From: the human T2T-CHM13v2.0 reference genome, Homo sapiens
DNA: 64,000 nucleotides
Assembly (NCBI RefSeq): GCF_009914755.1
Contig: NC_060929.1
Strand: one strand, 5' to 3'
Shown here: positions 13,954 to 30,324 of the stretch, piece by piece
Numbering within the stretch: position 1 is the first letter of the stretch
Layout of the letters: each line of letters opens with the position of its first letter
Made by a program: the position numbers and the translations under genes
The notes under the pieces: model-generated
Told to the model about the DNA's origin: nothing
Database searches by the model: none
The model's input: the letters and a program-made list of their open reading frames with translations, nothing else

Positions 13954-14784
13954 GACCACAAAGGAAAAAAATTCTTACAGAGAATTATTGAAGTATAAAT
14001 TGTGTCAAAATTGAAGAATATAATAAACCCTAAGATTAATAGTCCTGTCCTTGAGAAAGATCATCAAGTGATGCCCCCATGCTTTAAAAAATATTCCAAG
14101 CTTTTTAGCATAATATCTAACATTTCTTAGCAGTTCCTAATAGGTTACTTCTCTGTAGTTACCTCTCTCACTCCTTCCCCATCACCTATAGTGCCACAAT
14201 CTGTAACCTGTTTGAGGCTCTCTCACACCTTTCATACTGCAATATTTGCTCGAACTATTGACCCCCAACCTTACTCATCTTTCCTTTCTAACTAACTAAC
14301 TTCTCCTCATCCTCAAAGCCCCAGCTCAAGAATTTTCATTTCTGGAAGAATCTCTGATTTTCTTCTCTTCTCTAGTCTTGAAATGGTATGTGTGAACCCA
14401 CAGCTTGTTGTAATGTCATTGTCCTTTCTGTTTAACACCCTCAGTTGCTGGTCCTTGAAGTCTGGGACTGTCTTAATCTACTTTAAAGTCTTCAAGCCAA
14501 GTACAATTCCTAGGCATGCAATACATGTTTGTTAAATAGATGGATGACCTTTATTTATATTTATCTTTCCCTTTTCTGCTACAATTAGTTAACTCATTCA
14601 TTTCTTCATTCACTAATAACCACTTATCTGTTATTTTCTGGGAATACAAAAATTCATAAAACATCATCCTTGCCTCCAAAAAACACTTTATTATTGTGCC
14701 ATCCTTCTCTCTCTTTCTCTTTCTCTCCTTCTCTAATTATCTAGTTGTGTAGGTATTTTCTTCAAAGGAATAACAGGTACTCAG

Positions 14785-15417
14785 AGGAACACTTATACAC
14801 TGTTGATGGGAGTGTAAATTAGTTCAACCATTGTGGAAGACAGTGTGGCAATTCCTCAAAGACCTAAAAACAGAACTAGCATTCAACCCAGCAATCTCAT
14901 TTCTGGGTATATGCCCAAAGGAATATAAATCATTCTATTATAAAGACACATGCATGTGTATGTTCATTACAGCAGCATTAACAATAGCAAAGACATAGAA
15001 TCAACCTAAATGCCCAACAGTAGTAGACAGGATAAAGCAAATGTGGTACATAAACACCATGGAATACTATGAAGCCATAAAAAAGAATGAGATAGTGTCC
15101 TTTCCAGGAACACTGATGGAGCTGGAGGCCAATATCCTTAGCAAACTAACACAGGAACTGCATGTTCTCACTTGTAAGTGGGAGCTAAATGATGACAACT
15201 CATGGACACATAGAGGGAAACAACAGACACTGTGACCTATCAGAGGGTGGAGGGTGGGAGGAGTGAGAGGATCAGGAAAATCAACTAATGGGTATTAGGT
15301 GTAATATGTGGGTGATGAAATAATCTGTACTACAAACCCCATGACACAAGTTTACCTATGTAACAAATCTGTACATGTACCCCTGAACTTAAAAGTTAAA
15401 AAGAAATAAAAAATAAA
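14785..15417 (+). mobile_element. L1PA (about L1PA13-16) 3' end, 5'-truncated
   Basis: GGGTGGAGGGTGGGAGGAGTGAGAGGATCAGGAAAA...CTAATGGGTA...ATGAAATAATCTGTAC...CCTGAACTTAAAA plus A-tail. Confidence 0.93.
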
Positions 15418-15891
15418 CAGAATAGTAGGGATTCATTACAATATCTTCTCTCCTCCTCATAATTCTTAAACCTGTGTAGAAGTTCAATACATATTTGTGG
15501 AATAGCCTTATTACGCCTTTAGGGAATGGAGCAATGCCTTGCCTATTAATCTATACTTCTATCAGAGTTTCCTGCTGTATGGAAAACCTGAGTGTTACAC
15601 TTCAAACAAATGAGGCAATTTATACATTTTTGTTGTTGTTGTTGTTGTTGTTTTTGGCATAAATGTGCTAAGTGAGCTGGAGTTTCAGAAGAGAAACTGA
15701 ATGTTATATGTGAATCCAGGTCAGTAGCTTGGCTCTGACTACAATACTGATTTCATTAAGATAAGGAAACTAATTGGTATCAATTTTAGTTGACATTATA
15801 TGTTAGTTTTATAATATTCAGGAATTTTTGAAGGATTATTTGATTTTTATTTTTATAGATGTTCTTGCTCTTTAACACTAAATAATGAGGA

Positions 15892-16125
15892 AAGATAATA
15901 GGGCTAACATTTATTAAGCATTTATGTTGGACAGGCACTGCTTTAAGTATTTTTATATGTATCAACTCATTGAATTTTCACAACTCTTAGATCTATTTGA
16001 TAGCTGGGGAAACTGAGGCACAGAGAACCTCAAGTAACTTGCCCAAGGTAAGCCAGCTAGTTAGCATGGACCAGTGATTCAAAAACAGGCAGTCTGTACT
16101 CCTTACAACTGTATTATGCTGCCTA
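15892..16125 (-). mobile_element. MIR
   Basis: GAAACTGAGGCACAGAGA...GTAACTTGCCCAAGGT. Confidence 0.9.
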
Positions 16126-16806
16126 TAAAAGGACCACTAGACTAATAATTATGAAACCAGATTTTTAATCTTAAATTAGCCATATAATAGTAGAGTGCAT
16201 TTAAGGATGTCATCTGAGTTTCATTGTCCTTGTACCCCTTACAGCCTGTGAGAAGGAACCTTTATATAGTCTTTCATAAACTGTAAAGTGTTATAAATTC
16301 AAAGATTTCTTATAATATGTTAAAATTACTTTTAAGAGTTGAGAAGTCCAAATAAAAGCAGAGAGATGAGAGGAAACACTAGCACTAAATGTTCAGACAC
16401 CCACTGACCATGTCAAGCTGCACATTTTGTTGCTAAACCTAAGGGAGAGATTAGATATGAGGAGAGTGGGAAGCAAGAAGGTATGAAGTCTGGGTATTTA
16501 GGGACTAATAGAAATGATTTTCTCGATTAGTTTAAGAACATTAGCAATTACTTACGGGATAAGCACAGTTAAAGGAATTTCTGGAAGGAATAAAACTATA
16601 AAAATTAGTCAAATTGTTAAAATATCAGAACTGTGTAAAAGCATATAAAGTTTCATCATATCTTTCTTTTGAAAAACAAACAAACACTTCATGTTCTAGC
16701 CAGTTGCTAATAGTGATCAGTTGATGAATACACCTCATGTTTCACGCATATAAAATTTTACACCATGTCTAGTCCATAGGCATTAGTGTAGGAGTCAGAA
16801 TACAAC

Positions 16807-16935
16807 CTGAATTCTGTTCGCAGCTTTGTGCCTTGTCGATAAAGCAGTGGACATCTCTCCACAGGGAGATATGTTTCCTCCCGTGATATAGAGGATGTTG
16901 ATTCACTTGTCTCCTCTCTATTTCGAAAAGATGCT
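16807..16935 (-). other. Candidate internal exon (129 nt if CAG|GTTGTA is the donor)
   Basis: Acceptor TCTCACTAATCTTCAG|AG with CTAAT; non-repetitive; 4 CpGs in about 115 bp against a depleted background; donor weak, alternatives at 16764/16762. Confidence 0.4.
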
Positions 16936-17489
16936 CTGAAGATTAGTGAGACAATGGCTGTAAAGCTCTTTGCACTGTTTACAACATAAATCATACACAG
17001 ACATACTGGCATGAGAAACGCTATCATCATCTCTTTTATACATGAGAACAACCATAAGGAAAACAAACCTCAGAGACAGTCCTGTATTATAAAAATGTTG
17101 GGTAGAGATGCCAAAAGTTGTAGGGTAGGAAACAGCAACAACAACAACAAGACGGAATCCAAAGAATATTTGCATTCTATAATATATTCTACAGAGTCTC
17201 AGACGGGACCTTCGTTGAGTGCTCCCAAGTATTATCAGTAGCCATGTTTTTTTTTTCTTTTTCTTTTTTTTTTTTTTTTTTTGGTAAAAGGGATAAATAG
17301 TGATGTCAGGAGATGCTGCAAAATATATTCCAGTGATAAGCATATGGCAAGCAATTAATGGATGAATTCGCCTCTCTTATTGCCATGTTGTGACAAATAC
17401 TCTAACTTATTTGGCCTTTGGCTCCCTAAAGGGTGCTCAAAAATGCTGTTTAGAAAGTACTTTTCATGAAGAGCTACAACAACAACAAA

Positions 17490-18280
17490 AACAAATACAA
17501 TTCAAATATCTACTAAACATATGAAGGAGTACTCACTCTCATTAGTAATCAGAGAAATGCAATGATCCCATTATAGAGCCCTGTCATTTGAAAAAAAAGA
17601 AAGAAAATCCAAGTGTTTTTTATTAGAACGTGGAGCAACAGGAATTCTCATTACCTTCTCAACCACTTTGTCAAATGCTTTCTGCTTATCTGCTGAAGTT
17701 AAAGATATGCATGACCCATGAATCCACTCCTAGGTATATTCCCCCACAAAAATGTACGCTTATGTGCATCAAGATACACGCACATAAGTGTTCGAAATAT
17801 CTTTATTCATAATATTTCCAAACTGGATATGTTCAACTGCATAAAGAAAGAAGATTGGACAGTAAATTGTGGTTCCTTTATACAATAGAATGCTATATAT
17901 CATGATATATATTATGATGTGCAATCCTCAGCTACATACAACATTGATGAATTTTACAACTATAATATTGCACAAAAGGAGCAAAACACAGGAGTATCTA
18001 CAAGATGAGTCCATTTACATAAAATGCAAAACAAACTAAATTGAACTGTTGTTTTGGCATGCATACATACGTGGTAAATCATAAAGAAAAGTAGGAAAAG
18101 TAAAAGTAAAGTCAAGATAGTGGTGACCTATCTGGAGAGGATGAAACAGGAAATTATAGGGTCTTTCTGAGGGGTGATCATAGTAGGTATTTACTTTAGA
18201 ACAATTTGTTAAACTTAAAATTTAAATTTTACATACTTTCTTAAATTTTGTTATATTTCACAATTTAAAAATTTATAAAA
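17490..18280 (+). mobile_element. Old L1 (L1MC/ME) 3' end
   Basis: CATTAGTAATCAGAGAAATGCAA; ATCCACTCCTAGGTATAT; GATGAATTTTACAACTATAATATTG. Confidence 0.8.
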
Positions 18281-18647
18281 TGATAATTTTACAAAGCCTA
18301 AAAGATGAATTATTTGGGGGCTTTTACTTCTCTTTCATCTGTACAACTGCTGATGAAAATCACCAGGTGTGTATAACATGAAGCATCTCCTTAAATGACA
18401 TGCATTTATTGGGAAAAAACACAAAGTCCAAATGGTAAAATGTTAGCAAGGTAAAACACTGAAGATTTTTCTCCCCAAAACTGCCAAACAAGTCTGGTTT
18501 AACTGAAATTGACAGCAAAGACAACAGAGCACACTTAATTGAATTTTAATCTCAGTGATCTCTAAGCCATGTTTGAAACATAAACAGACATGTCAGAGTT
18601 CTTTATGATGTTGGACATGAATTCATTTTCATAATTCAAAGGCATAC

Positions 18648-18732
18648 TTTGCTTATGAATCTCTTTAACAAGCTTTGGCTGAATATTCTTTTCTTCCAGA
18701 TGTTTGCTGTTGTATACACACAGCTTCCATCT
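18648..18732 (-). other. Candidate internal exon (85 nt)
   Basis: Branch-like CTAAC, then TATGTTTTAAATCATCTGCAAAG|AG acceptor and AAA|GTATGC donor; unique sequence. Confidence 0.3.
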
Positions 18733-19058
18733 CTTTGCAGATGATTTAAAACATAGTTAGAAAGAGTACATTTATTTAACAAAAGAGTAAGAGTACAGAA
18801 TTCAAATAGATCGTCTGTGGGTGTATATAATGATGAGTACATAAGTCTCATGCAGTCCTCATAAAGACAGCATCTATTAATCTGAAGAAGTTTCTCTTAC
18901 TAATTTGCAAACCTAAAAGCATTTTACATTACTAAGATATTAATAAATAGGTCAATTAATACTTTTGATAGAGTAGAGAGACTCCTAAATAATGGACATG
19001 AAAAATGATTTTTGTAAAAGTACGGTTTCATTTTAAATCCCTGCTTAAGCAATTTGTA

Positions 19059-19290
19059 GGAGGCAAGATAGTGTGGCAGTTGAGAGGATGGTCTCTGAAA
19101 TCAGATCTGAATTTGAATACCACCTCTACCATTTACTAACCTAAACAAGTCATATTACTTCTCTGTGTCTCAATAGCTACTTCCTGAGGTGTTCTTACAA
19201 AAACACAAATAAATAATCCATGTAAAGAACTTTGCACAGTGCAAATACATAGTGAGCACGCATTGAGTTTTATTTATCATCATCATCATC
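19059..19290 (+). mobile_element. MIR
   Basis: GGAGGCAAGATAGTGTGGCAGTTGAGAG...TTTGAATACCACCTCTACCATTTACTA. Confidence 0.8.
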
Positions 19291-19419
19291 TTGCTGTACT
19301 TTTGTAAACTCACCTTCTCCCGTCTTTTTCTACTCTAAGGTGCTCTTCCAAGCTACTTTCCTCCTCAGCTATCGTTCCCCTGGATTTCCAGTAAGAGAGG
19401 GTGAAATCATGCCTGCTTA

Positions 19420-21185
<1,766 letters not shown>

Positions 21186-22864
21186 TGCAGTTAATCCATG
21201 CCTGAGACAAAAAAAGGTTTAAACAAAGGGCTGCCTCTGAATAGTATATAGAAAAGATTTCTGAACAGAAAATCTTAAAAACTAGCTTTTATCCCCAACT
21301 TGGATACTAAATATAGAGACAGGCAAGAATTAGGGGTCTTCTTGTCATTCTTCTGAGACTCTGGAGCTCCTGAGACTTCTTTTTCACTAACACCATTGAA
21401 TCCGGGAATCAACAAGCTGCACAAAGTTATAAAGATTGCCAGACTTCATGTTTCTGGAAAAAAAAAAGTACTATTTTTTCATACAGCTGAGACCTCTGAA
21501 AAGATGGCTCAATGGGCAAGATGCCATGAGAAATCAAAGCCAAATACTCATTCTGAAGTCAGTTTTGCTCAGACTTTGTATACTGCCACTCAATTTTTCA
21601 AGTCATCAGAAACATAACTAAGAATGAGTGACTTTTTGCTATCAACTAATGACCCACCATTCAACGATCTTGTATGACAAAGTAGAGGAGTATCTTCTTA
21701 TTTTTAGGCTTATTAAATTACAATGGAAAATATTCATTAACAATCTCATAATGAGGCATTCTAGATGCTTATTCTTACCTAAAGGGAATGGAACAAAAAA
21801 TAACCAAAAACTAAAAAGATGAAGACAAAAGCCTTTCTTGGTATTATAGTATTCTTTTACAAAGGATATGGTTTATCATAGTAATTGATTCCCTCTGTTA
21901 CACTAGAGATACTATTATATTAAATGCCTAAAGGTTAAACTTAGGTAACAGTGGAGCTATAGTTCTTTCAGAAATAAAATAATTAAATAGCTATGTATGC
22001 CAAGAAACCTTACTTTGAACATTTCTATTGTACCATCTCATTATTGCTGGCTGCCTGATTAGCAAGCAGTAAACTTGGGTAATAGCTTTCCTCTGATATC
22101 ACTTCAAGTCTACTCGAGTTCTAGAATTACCCAGACTACCAGGACTTTACTTGCACAATATGCTGAAATGTTTATAACATTATGCTTTCCCCTCCTAATT
22201 CTCAAGACCATTTTGATAACTGGCTAAGACTGGATAATATCAACAAATATGAAATAATTATAAGAATCATTCTTTCTTAAAATAAGAAGAGTTTCCAGAA
22301 ACAGAAACTAAAACAGAATTCAGGCTAAGCTGCTAAATAGGCTATCTCAGGGATTCTCAGCTCATTCTTGATGAGGATAGATTGCTTTTTATTTCCCTTA
22401 AGTGTTCCGTATTTATTTCACAAATATTACTTAACTGTGTACCATGTACAAAGCCGTGTGCTAGTTAAGCTGGTTACTGTGGAAGAAATAAAGGGAGTGG
22501 GAGCATCTAGCTTTTTTCTTCAAAGGAGATGGGGGAATCTGTGGGAGTTAGTGGTAGGGGCACCTACAGAGGAAATTGCTGAAAAGGAGGAGCTGGGGAA
22601 GATGAGGATGAGGAACTAAGTTGTGAATAAAGGAAGGGCAGAGCAATGGTTTTTTTAATAATATTGGAATGGGATTTGTTTTTAGCACTGCTCCCCTTTC
22701 CCTTAACAGTCCCCTTGAGCTACAAATAAATGTAACTGGCAAAGTGGATAATAAGACTTCAGAATCTTCTAGCTAACCATGATCAATGTGTCATGGAGCC
22801 CAGTATACAAGGAGAGGTTCTATTTCATCAAGAAATATGACTGCACTTTTAGTGGGCAATTGGT

Positions 22865-23290
22865 TGTTATGAAGGTCCAGCATTTATTTCTTCTTCCTTT
22901 TGAAAAATAACACCCTGATTTCCTTTGGGGAACATCCCCATGGTCAGATGGGACCACTGTGATTGACTGATTGGTTCAGGAGAGGGGCTATACCCTTAAT
23001 TATGTGGGAGCTACTAGAAAGAGATGCTCTCTTTTTTTGTTGGACATAAAAAACCTGGAAAGGTATGGCACTAGATTGCAGACATTGGTCTGTCTCATGT
23101 GGATAGAGCAGAGAATGAAGCCAAAAATGGAGAGTTCTTCTGATATCAGGCATCAGGGAGAAAACAAAACAAAAAACAAACAAAAGAATAAAAATGGAGA
23201 GTTCAGATACAGGACCCATAGACAGAGAAACTAAATCCTCATGAAGTGTTCTAATTGAAACAGTATCTATGGTCTACCTAAACCTCATGG
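22865..23290 (+). mobile_element. LTR33-like ERVL LTR
   Basis: AACACCCTGATTTCCTTTGGGGAACA...GATTGGTTCAGG...GAAAGAGATGCTCTCTTT. Confidence 0.55.
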
Positions 23291-24788
23291 GAACCACATT
23301 AAATGGCGGATAAAGCCATTAATATACTATACATAGAAGAGATACATCCACAAGGACATCTTACCAAGTGTGGACACAAGTGTGTAACAACCACTTATTG
23401 GTGTATAATATTATAATCCACAACATCAGATTTTACTCTTTAAATTCACTAGGGAGTATTCTCAAAGGAATGGAAGAAACAAAGCTGGCTATCAGTGAGG
23501 GGCATTATGTGGGTAAATATAAGTAGAAACTTCAAAATAAATTTCTTAAAAGCAATTTTCACTTTCTGAAAGTTTATATGGAATTGGCAAATGACAAGGA
23601 TTGTGATCATTGATACATGCAAGTCAACAAGCAAAACTAACCAAAGAGACAAACAGACACATGAATAATGAGGCAGTTCTGATGACCAAAAAACACAACT
23701 TTACAAGACTGTTTGGGTAATTTATTTTGACTGGTAATACATCATGTCAGTTTATTTTATTTAAGCCACAGCAACGTTTGTCTTCCTGACGATAGTTATT
23801 GCATTCCAGAGAAGTACAATACGAAGTTTCAGACTAGTGCTGGGCTTAGTCACACAGAGAACTGCAGTAGGTTTTCTAAGCCCCTGCTCACTGTATTTCA
23901 CAAAAATCTCATCCCTTCTACCCTCCACTCTCTAAACACACATCCAAGCAAATCACACCAAAGCATAATCATTGAAGAACACCATAACTTGCCAATTAAA
24001 ATTTGGCAAACAGAAACATTGAAGCAAAACTGAAAAAAGAATCATGTAATTAACTTAGAAGAAAGCTTTTTTCTTAAATATTATTTTTCTTCCCATTCAG
24101 CATGCACAAGAAGCAAACTTTGAGCACTAACGTGTTCCTTTTTAGCCTTTGCCTGTTTGTTTCAAAGACAAGAGGAGAAGAGTCTGCTTAAAAGCCAAAT
24201 ACACTGATAAATGTTTACTGATAAAATCTTCCAGATGGGACTACTTTCAAGGAAGGTCAATTACAAGCCTTGTGTCTCTCCTTTTAATGATATCCTTTAA
24301 TGATCCCCTTCCTCTCCTAGAAAATTAAGTCACAAAAACATCTTAGGCTGAGAGTGACCCAGTAATCCTCATAATCACATTGCAATGACAGACAAGAAGA
24401 TCAAAGTACAGGTGCAGTGAGAAATAGGGTTTTACATCCTATTATAAAATGTGAACTTGCCATTAACCAAAGATCAAATGTACCTTTAACTCCCAAATTC
24501 CCAACTTCCAATATTTTTTAAATTCTGTGGTTTTCTGGATTAATAAACTTTCTCTAATATAATATTCCCCCTCCCAATTTTTGTACTAAACATTGGTGGT
24601 TTTTTCTTCACATATGGTGATTATGTTTTCATATATCCAATAACTAAATAATTTTAGAAATTTGGTAAATTGTGTTGAAACTCTAATAGCACTAAGAAGT
24701 TCCCAAGCTAGTTGGTAAGCTATTGTCTCCAATACTGCAAAGAGAAAACCTAGCAATGGAAATTACATAAAGATAATCTGATGCTAAT

Positions 24789-25530
<742 letters not shown>

Positions 25531-25789
25531 CATCTTTATTATATTGGTTACTAAATGAACAAATCTGTAAGGATATTCAGTCAGCACCAGCAGTCTTTGT
25601 CACACCATAGAATTTCTCAATCCTGGATGGAATTTGGTCTAATCCCTTACTTACAGAAAGGGAAATGGAGAGCAGAAAGATTAAGAAATTTCCCCCAAAG
25701 GACACAACTGGTTAGCCAAAGAACTAGGTGCAGAATTCAGATCCTTGATCTATCAGTAAAGATCCGGTTCTTTACTGGAGCAAACTTCA

Positions 25790-26110
25790 GTGAGGTCAGC
25801 CCAGGAAATTCAGCTAACCAACATGAACAAATAACACATCTTACTACCTGGGTCAGACCCTGTGACTCACACTTCAGGCTTTACAGTCATAACTGCTCAT
25901 ATGCTGTAACATCCACCCTCTTTGGTTATAAAGTGAGAATCACCATATTCACCACAAGTCATGTACATGTTTACATGGCCACTAAATAACCAACAAAATG
26001 AGAGATGCGCCGCAAAATGTGACAGTACGAGTTACTGTTTGTAAAAGAGCAGAATGTTCCACACTCATGGGTAAAAATTGGTACTTGAACTTCATGAGTG
26101 ACTCTAGATC
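25790..26110. promoter_or_regulatory. Candidate enhancer (AP-1, FOX, steroid-receptor-like element)
   Basis: TGACTCA 25863-25869; TGTTTAC 25968-25974; TGTTTGT 26036-26042; AGAGCAgaaTGTTCC 26046-26060. Confidence 0.35.
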
Positions 26111-26529
26111 TTTTATGGTGGTGGCTTTTTAAATACAGACAAACACATGATTATGGTATCTCCTGAAACTGACATTCTCAAAATAACATCCACTATTATA
26201 CAAAGGAAGTTTGAATGTTTTGAGGCTTTTTTGCTTTTAAGCCATTGCTCTTACCTCTTATCTCTTCTTCGATTATGGCCATCACTTACTTCCTCAGACT
26301 CCACCCAGCTGCATTCTCAACAAACCACAGTCCAGGATGAGAACTTCTATAATGCATATGCTTCCTTCAGCACTTTGAGATACATTATTAGGCCCTGCTC
26401 TCATGTTTTACTTCTTTTATGTTCCAAGCTTCTTGAGGGCAGGGCCAATACTTTCTTTATTTTCCATAACACCCCTCATATGAAAAAGATTCTAGCATTC
26501 TTTCACAATGTCATGCTTAGAACATTCCA

Positions 26530-27119
26530 ATATTTTTCCAACCTATCTCCCAAACTGCTTCCCATGGTTCCACTGATTCTCTTCTTTCACCCCTACTCAC
26601 AACACAGGGTACCCGAGTGATTGCTCCAAAATACAGAACACAGCAAGCCACATTTCTACATCTTTGGCGGTGCGCCACTGTCTATAAACTTTTTAATAAG
26701 GTCGCCCTAACTTGCTTTCTCACATAGTCTTATTCCTTGCCGTTTCCTCTGTTTGCGCCCTACATACTGTAAGTTACTCCGAAACATTCATCTTTTTCTA
26801 CATGCCTGTGACTTTGTACATGTAGTTCCCTTTGTCTGAAATGCCCTTTCTTCTTTCGTTTATGGAGATTCCAAATGGCCTCCAAGGTATATGTCAATTA
26901 TTATCCATGAAAGGTTTTGCTATATATATCCAGTATTTTCTGGGGGATGGGGAAGCTTAAACAAAAAAAACTTGAACATTACTCTACACACAGTCCATTA
27001 TGACATCTTAGTCTATTTGGAAAACTCCACTCGTGTAGAAATTGTGTTTATTTCAGTTGACTGTGAATACAGGTTCTGATGCACAGGAGCTACTCAATAG
27101 TTTGCTGAATGAATGAATG
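26530..27119 (+). mobile_element. L2 3' end
   Basis: TAGTTCCCTTTGTCTGAAATGCCCTT; terminal CTCAATAGTTTGCTGAATGAATGAATG. Confidence 0.75.
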
Positions 27120-28502
27120 TCAGTTTTCCTAAACAGACTTGAATGATTTTCTTGAGAGTCTAACTGCTTGTCATACTACATCTTGTCTCATTTGATTCTA
27201 GATCCACAGAAGCTAGCACAGTACTTAGATGTAAAAATTGTTATATCTCTTTTGTTTTTCCAGTTAATCACTGGAGACCAGGGCTGCCCTTTCAATAGGA
27301 AATCTAATATCTCTCTTTTTGAAAACTACCCCTCTTTCAAATAACCCAAGAACCTCAGGGATTATTCAGTCTAAAGCAGAGTCGTGCTTCTAAACTTCAG
27401 GTGTAGAGAGGACGGCAATTGGTATGAAGGCTTCTGCCACTGCCATGTGGTATCACAGTGAACAATGGTCCTGTCCAGACCTGTGTCCTTGCTGGTTTGG
27501 GTCTCCATGCCCAGCCTTGGACTCCAAGAGTTCGGCTCTTTGATTTAACTCATTTAGTAAAGATCAGCCCTCACTCAACAATCTAAGATGCTCTTCTTGA
27601 GCAGGCAGCTTAGGTTTCCCCTTCCTCTACACAGATACATTAATCCCTCTAGGGCCCGCCGTATCAGCATTCTCTCCCGACAATACACCATGGGACTGCC
27701 CTTTTTCATCCATTCTCATGGGTTTCCTCAGTACTTCTAATTGTGGGACAAAGTGAGAAAGTCTCTTTTCTCCTGGTAGACTCCTGAATTCTTAGGTAGT
27801 TTGGTCCACGCTATCCTCAAACTGTACCAAGAGGAGGGGTAGCTTTTAATAAGAAGGGGGAAATTTTGTCACACTCTTTCTCCAAAGAAAAAGATGACAG
27901 GCCTTATGTTTATATAGCTAAGGGAATCCACTTAATGATTTTTCCAAAAATAATAAATACAAAAACCCCTAGCAGGTTTTCCAATAGTAGAGTTAGAAGT
28001 GGACAGTCAGATAGAATTTCTGCCTCTCCAGTCACCCTCTTACATAGGCATGGTAATATTTATTGAAATTCACTATAAAGGCAAAACTGGATGAGGACAA
28101 TTGAGAAACTCTTGTCCTAAATATCTTTTCCTGACTGGCCAAGGAAACAGTGAGTCTAATAATCAACTTTTTTTTTTTTTTAAGTGCATAGCCCTACCAG
28201 TCCAATAAGACAAAAAAGATTCATTCCAAAGGAAAGATCTGGCATTTCAGGGTCACATTTAAGTAGGAGAGGATGCATACAATAATAAGATATTTCAATT
28301 AGACGACAAAGTCAGCCATAGGACACAGTACCAGTAGTGTCTTTTCCACTAAGAATTGGGGAAGGGAGGCTTAAAATTCACCTTATGTTTGTTTAACAAA
28401 CATACCAGGGAATCCTTCCTTCAACTGTGCCCATCGAGTTGAGCTACACACATACAACATAATCCAGGGGAGACTGCCCCAAACTGAGGCTTTATTTACT
28501 AA

Positions 28503-28853
<351 letters not shown>

Positions 28854-29112
28854 TAATGCCTCTAAAATCCAGACATGTTTTTATAATCAATGGCACCTTG
28901 GACTTGATGAAATAAAGTAATCAAATAGTTTTAATAAATCAAATACCTTTAAAAATATAAACAATTTAAAAATTGTTCTAAGACCCAGGTTCCAACCTCA
29001 GGATCTGGATATGACCATAATGCTATATTAGCATATTAAAGCAGAGACACAGACAATAGCGGTAACCCTTCAAAGGGGAAAAAGCCTGTCAGCTGAAGAT
29101 GATAGAGGAACC

Positions 29113-29286
29113 CAGTGCTTCTCAAAGGGGGTTCCCCATCCAGCAGTTCATCAGCATCAGCATCACTTGGGAACTTATAAGAAGGAAAATTCTCAGGACC
29201 CACCCCAGAAGTACTGAATCAGAATTTGTGGGGCATAGGGCTCTGTAATCTGTGTTTTAACAAGGGCATGGGTTTGAGAACCACTC
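29113..29286. mobile_element. MER5A (hAT-Charlie MITE)
   Basis: TIRs CAGTGCTTCTCAAA ... TTTGAGAACCACT; CAGCATCACTTGGGAACTT; TACTGAATCAGAA. Confidence 0.9.
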
Positions 29287-29818
29287 ATATGGTAGCTAAA
29301 TAAAGAAGACACTTGGTCAGTATATACTTGGCATGCCTGGGGAGGGGGAGCATAACACTTAACAGCCGAATGTTAAGACTACCATAAAAGGAGGAAGAAT
29401 CTCAAAACCCAATGCAGGAAAGCCCTTTAAAGTCTACAGTTCCTAGTTTCTGACTCCATATATGTCAAAGCAGCTTCTAATTAGAAGTTTGTTTCTCAAG
29501 GGGCTGAACTACAAGGACAGAATGAACTGATCTGGCCAATATGGTATCCTGTCTACTTGTCAATATATTTCTCACTGTGAATTCCCTAATTCATGTTCTT
29601 GCTCTTGCATAAAGTTCATGAGTTCTGAGTGTCAGTGACAGCACCTGATCTAATTGGGTTCTGAGAAAATCAATTCTGAACCTGAAAAACTAAAGGTCAG
29701 TCTTTGAAATTTGTATATATTACAAAGACCCAGTCCAAAAGGGCCCAGAACATACCTAATACTCATTTAAATGGAGTATTTACCAGGTCAAGAGAAGTGA
29801 AGAATTAAGGGCAATTAG

Positions 29819-30160
29819 GTCAAGATTGCAAACTGGCAATCCTCAGGCCAGATCTGGTCCACAGATGTGACTTGTTTGGCCCACACACGTTGTTCAAAAA
29901 TGGGAAGTTTCGCATTAAATATTGGATTTCTTCCAGTCTTAAAAAAGCAAAAAAAAAAAAGATTTGACAATAGGGAGCCCACATCCTGGCACTTGAGCAC
30001 TAGCCTGGAGCTAGGCAGAAGCTGTCTCCTTTAAACAGGTTGTAGCTTCCAGGTCACCCCAGTCCCAGGAATCTTTATTGACTTCTGGCTGGCAAGCTTC
30101 TCCCTTTATGTGAATATGATCTGCCTGACCCCTGGTTTGAGACGAGTTTGAAGACCTTTG
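29819..30160. mobile_element. MER102-like hAT-Charlie
   Basis: TTGCAAACTGGC...GGCCAGATCTGGTCCACAGATGTG...TGTTTGGCCCACAC...GCCCACATCC...CTGGAGCT. Confidence 0.75.
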
Positions 30161-30324
30161 AGCTACATAATCATTTTTCATGGAACAGATCATTAGACTG
30201 ATTTGAATAAAATGAATTGCTCAGAAAATTAGCTTTATTTTGTACCTTTAGAGCTATTTGTATGTGTGAGCAGGGATGTAGAGGTTAGTTACTTTTGAAA
30301 ACAGACAGTGATGAAGGCAAATGT

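Noticed and set aside
25555-26620. 144-aa and 157-aa plus-strand ORFs
   Set aside because: They overlap MIR and L2 remnants, have no recognisable homology and show no exon structure
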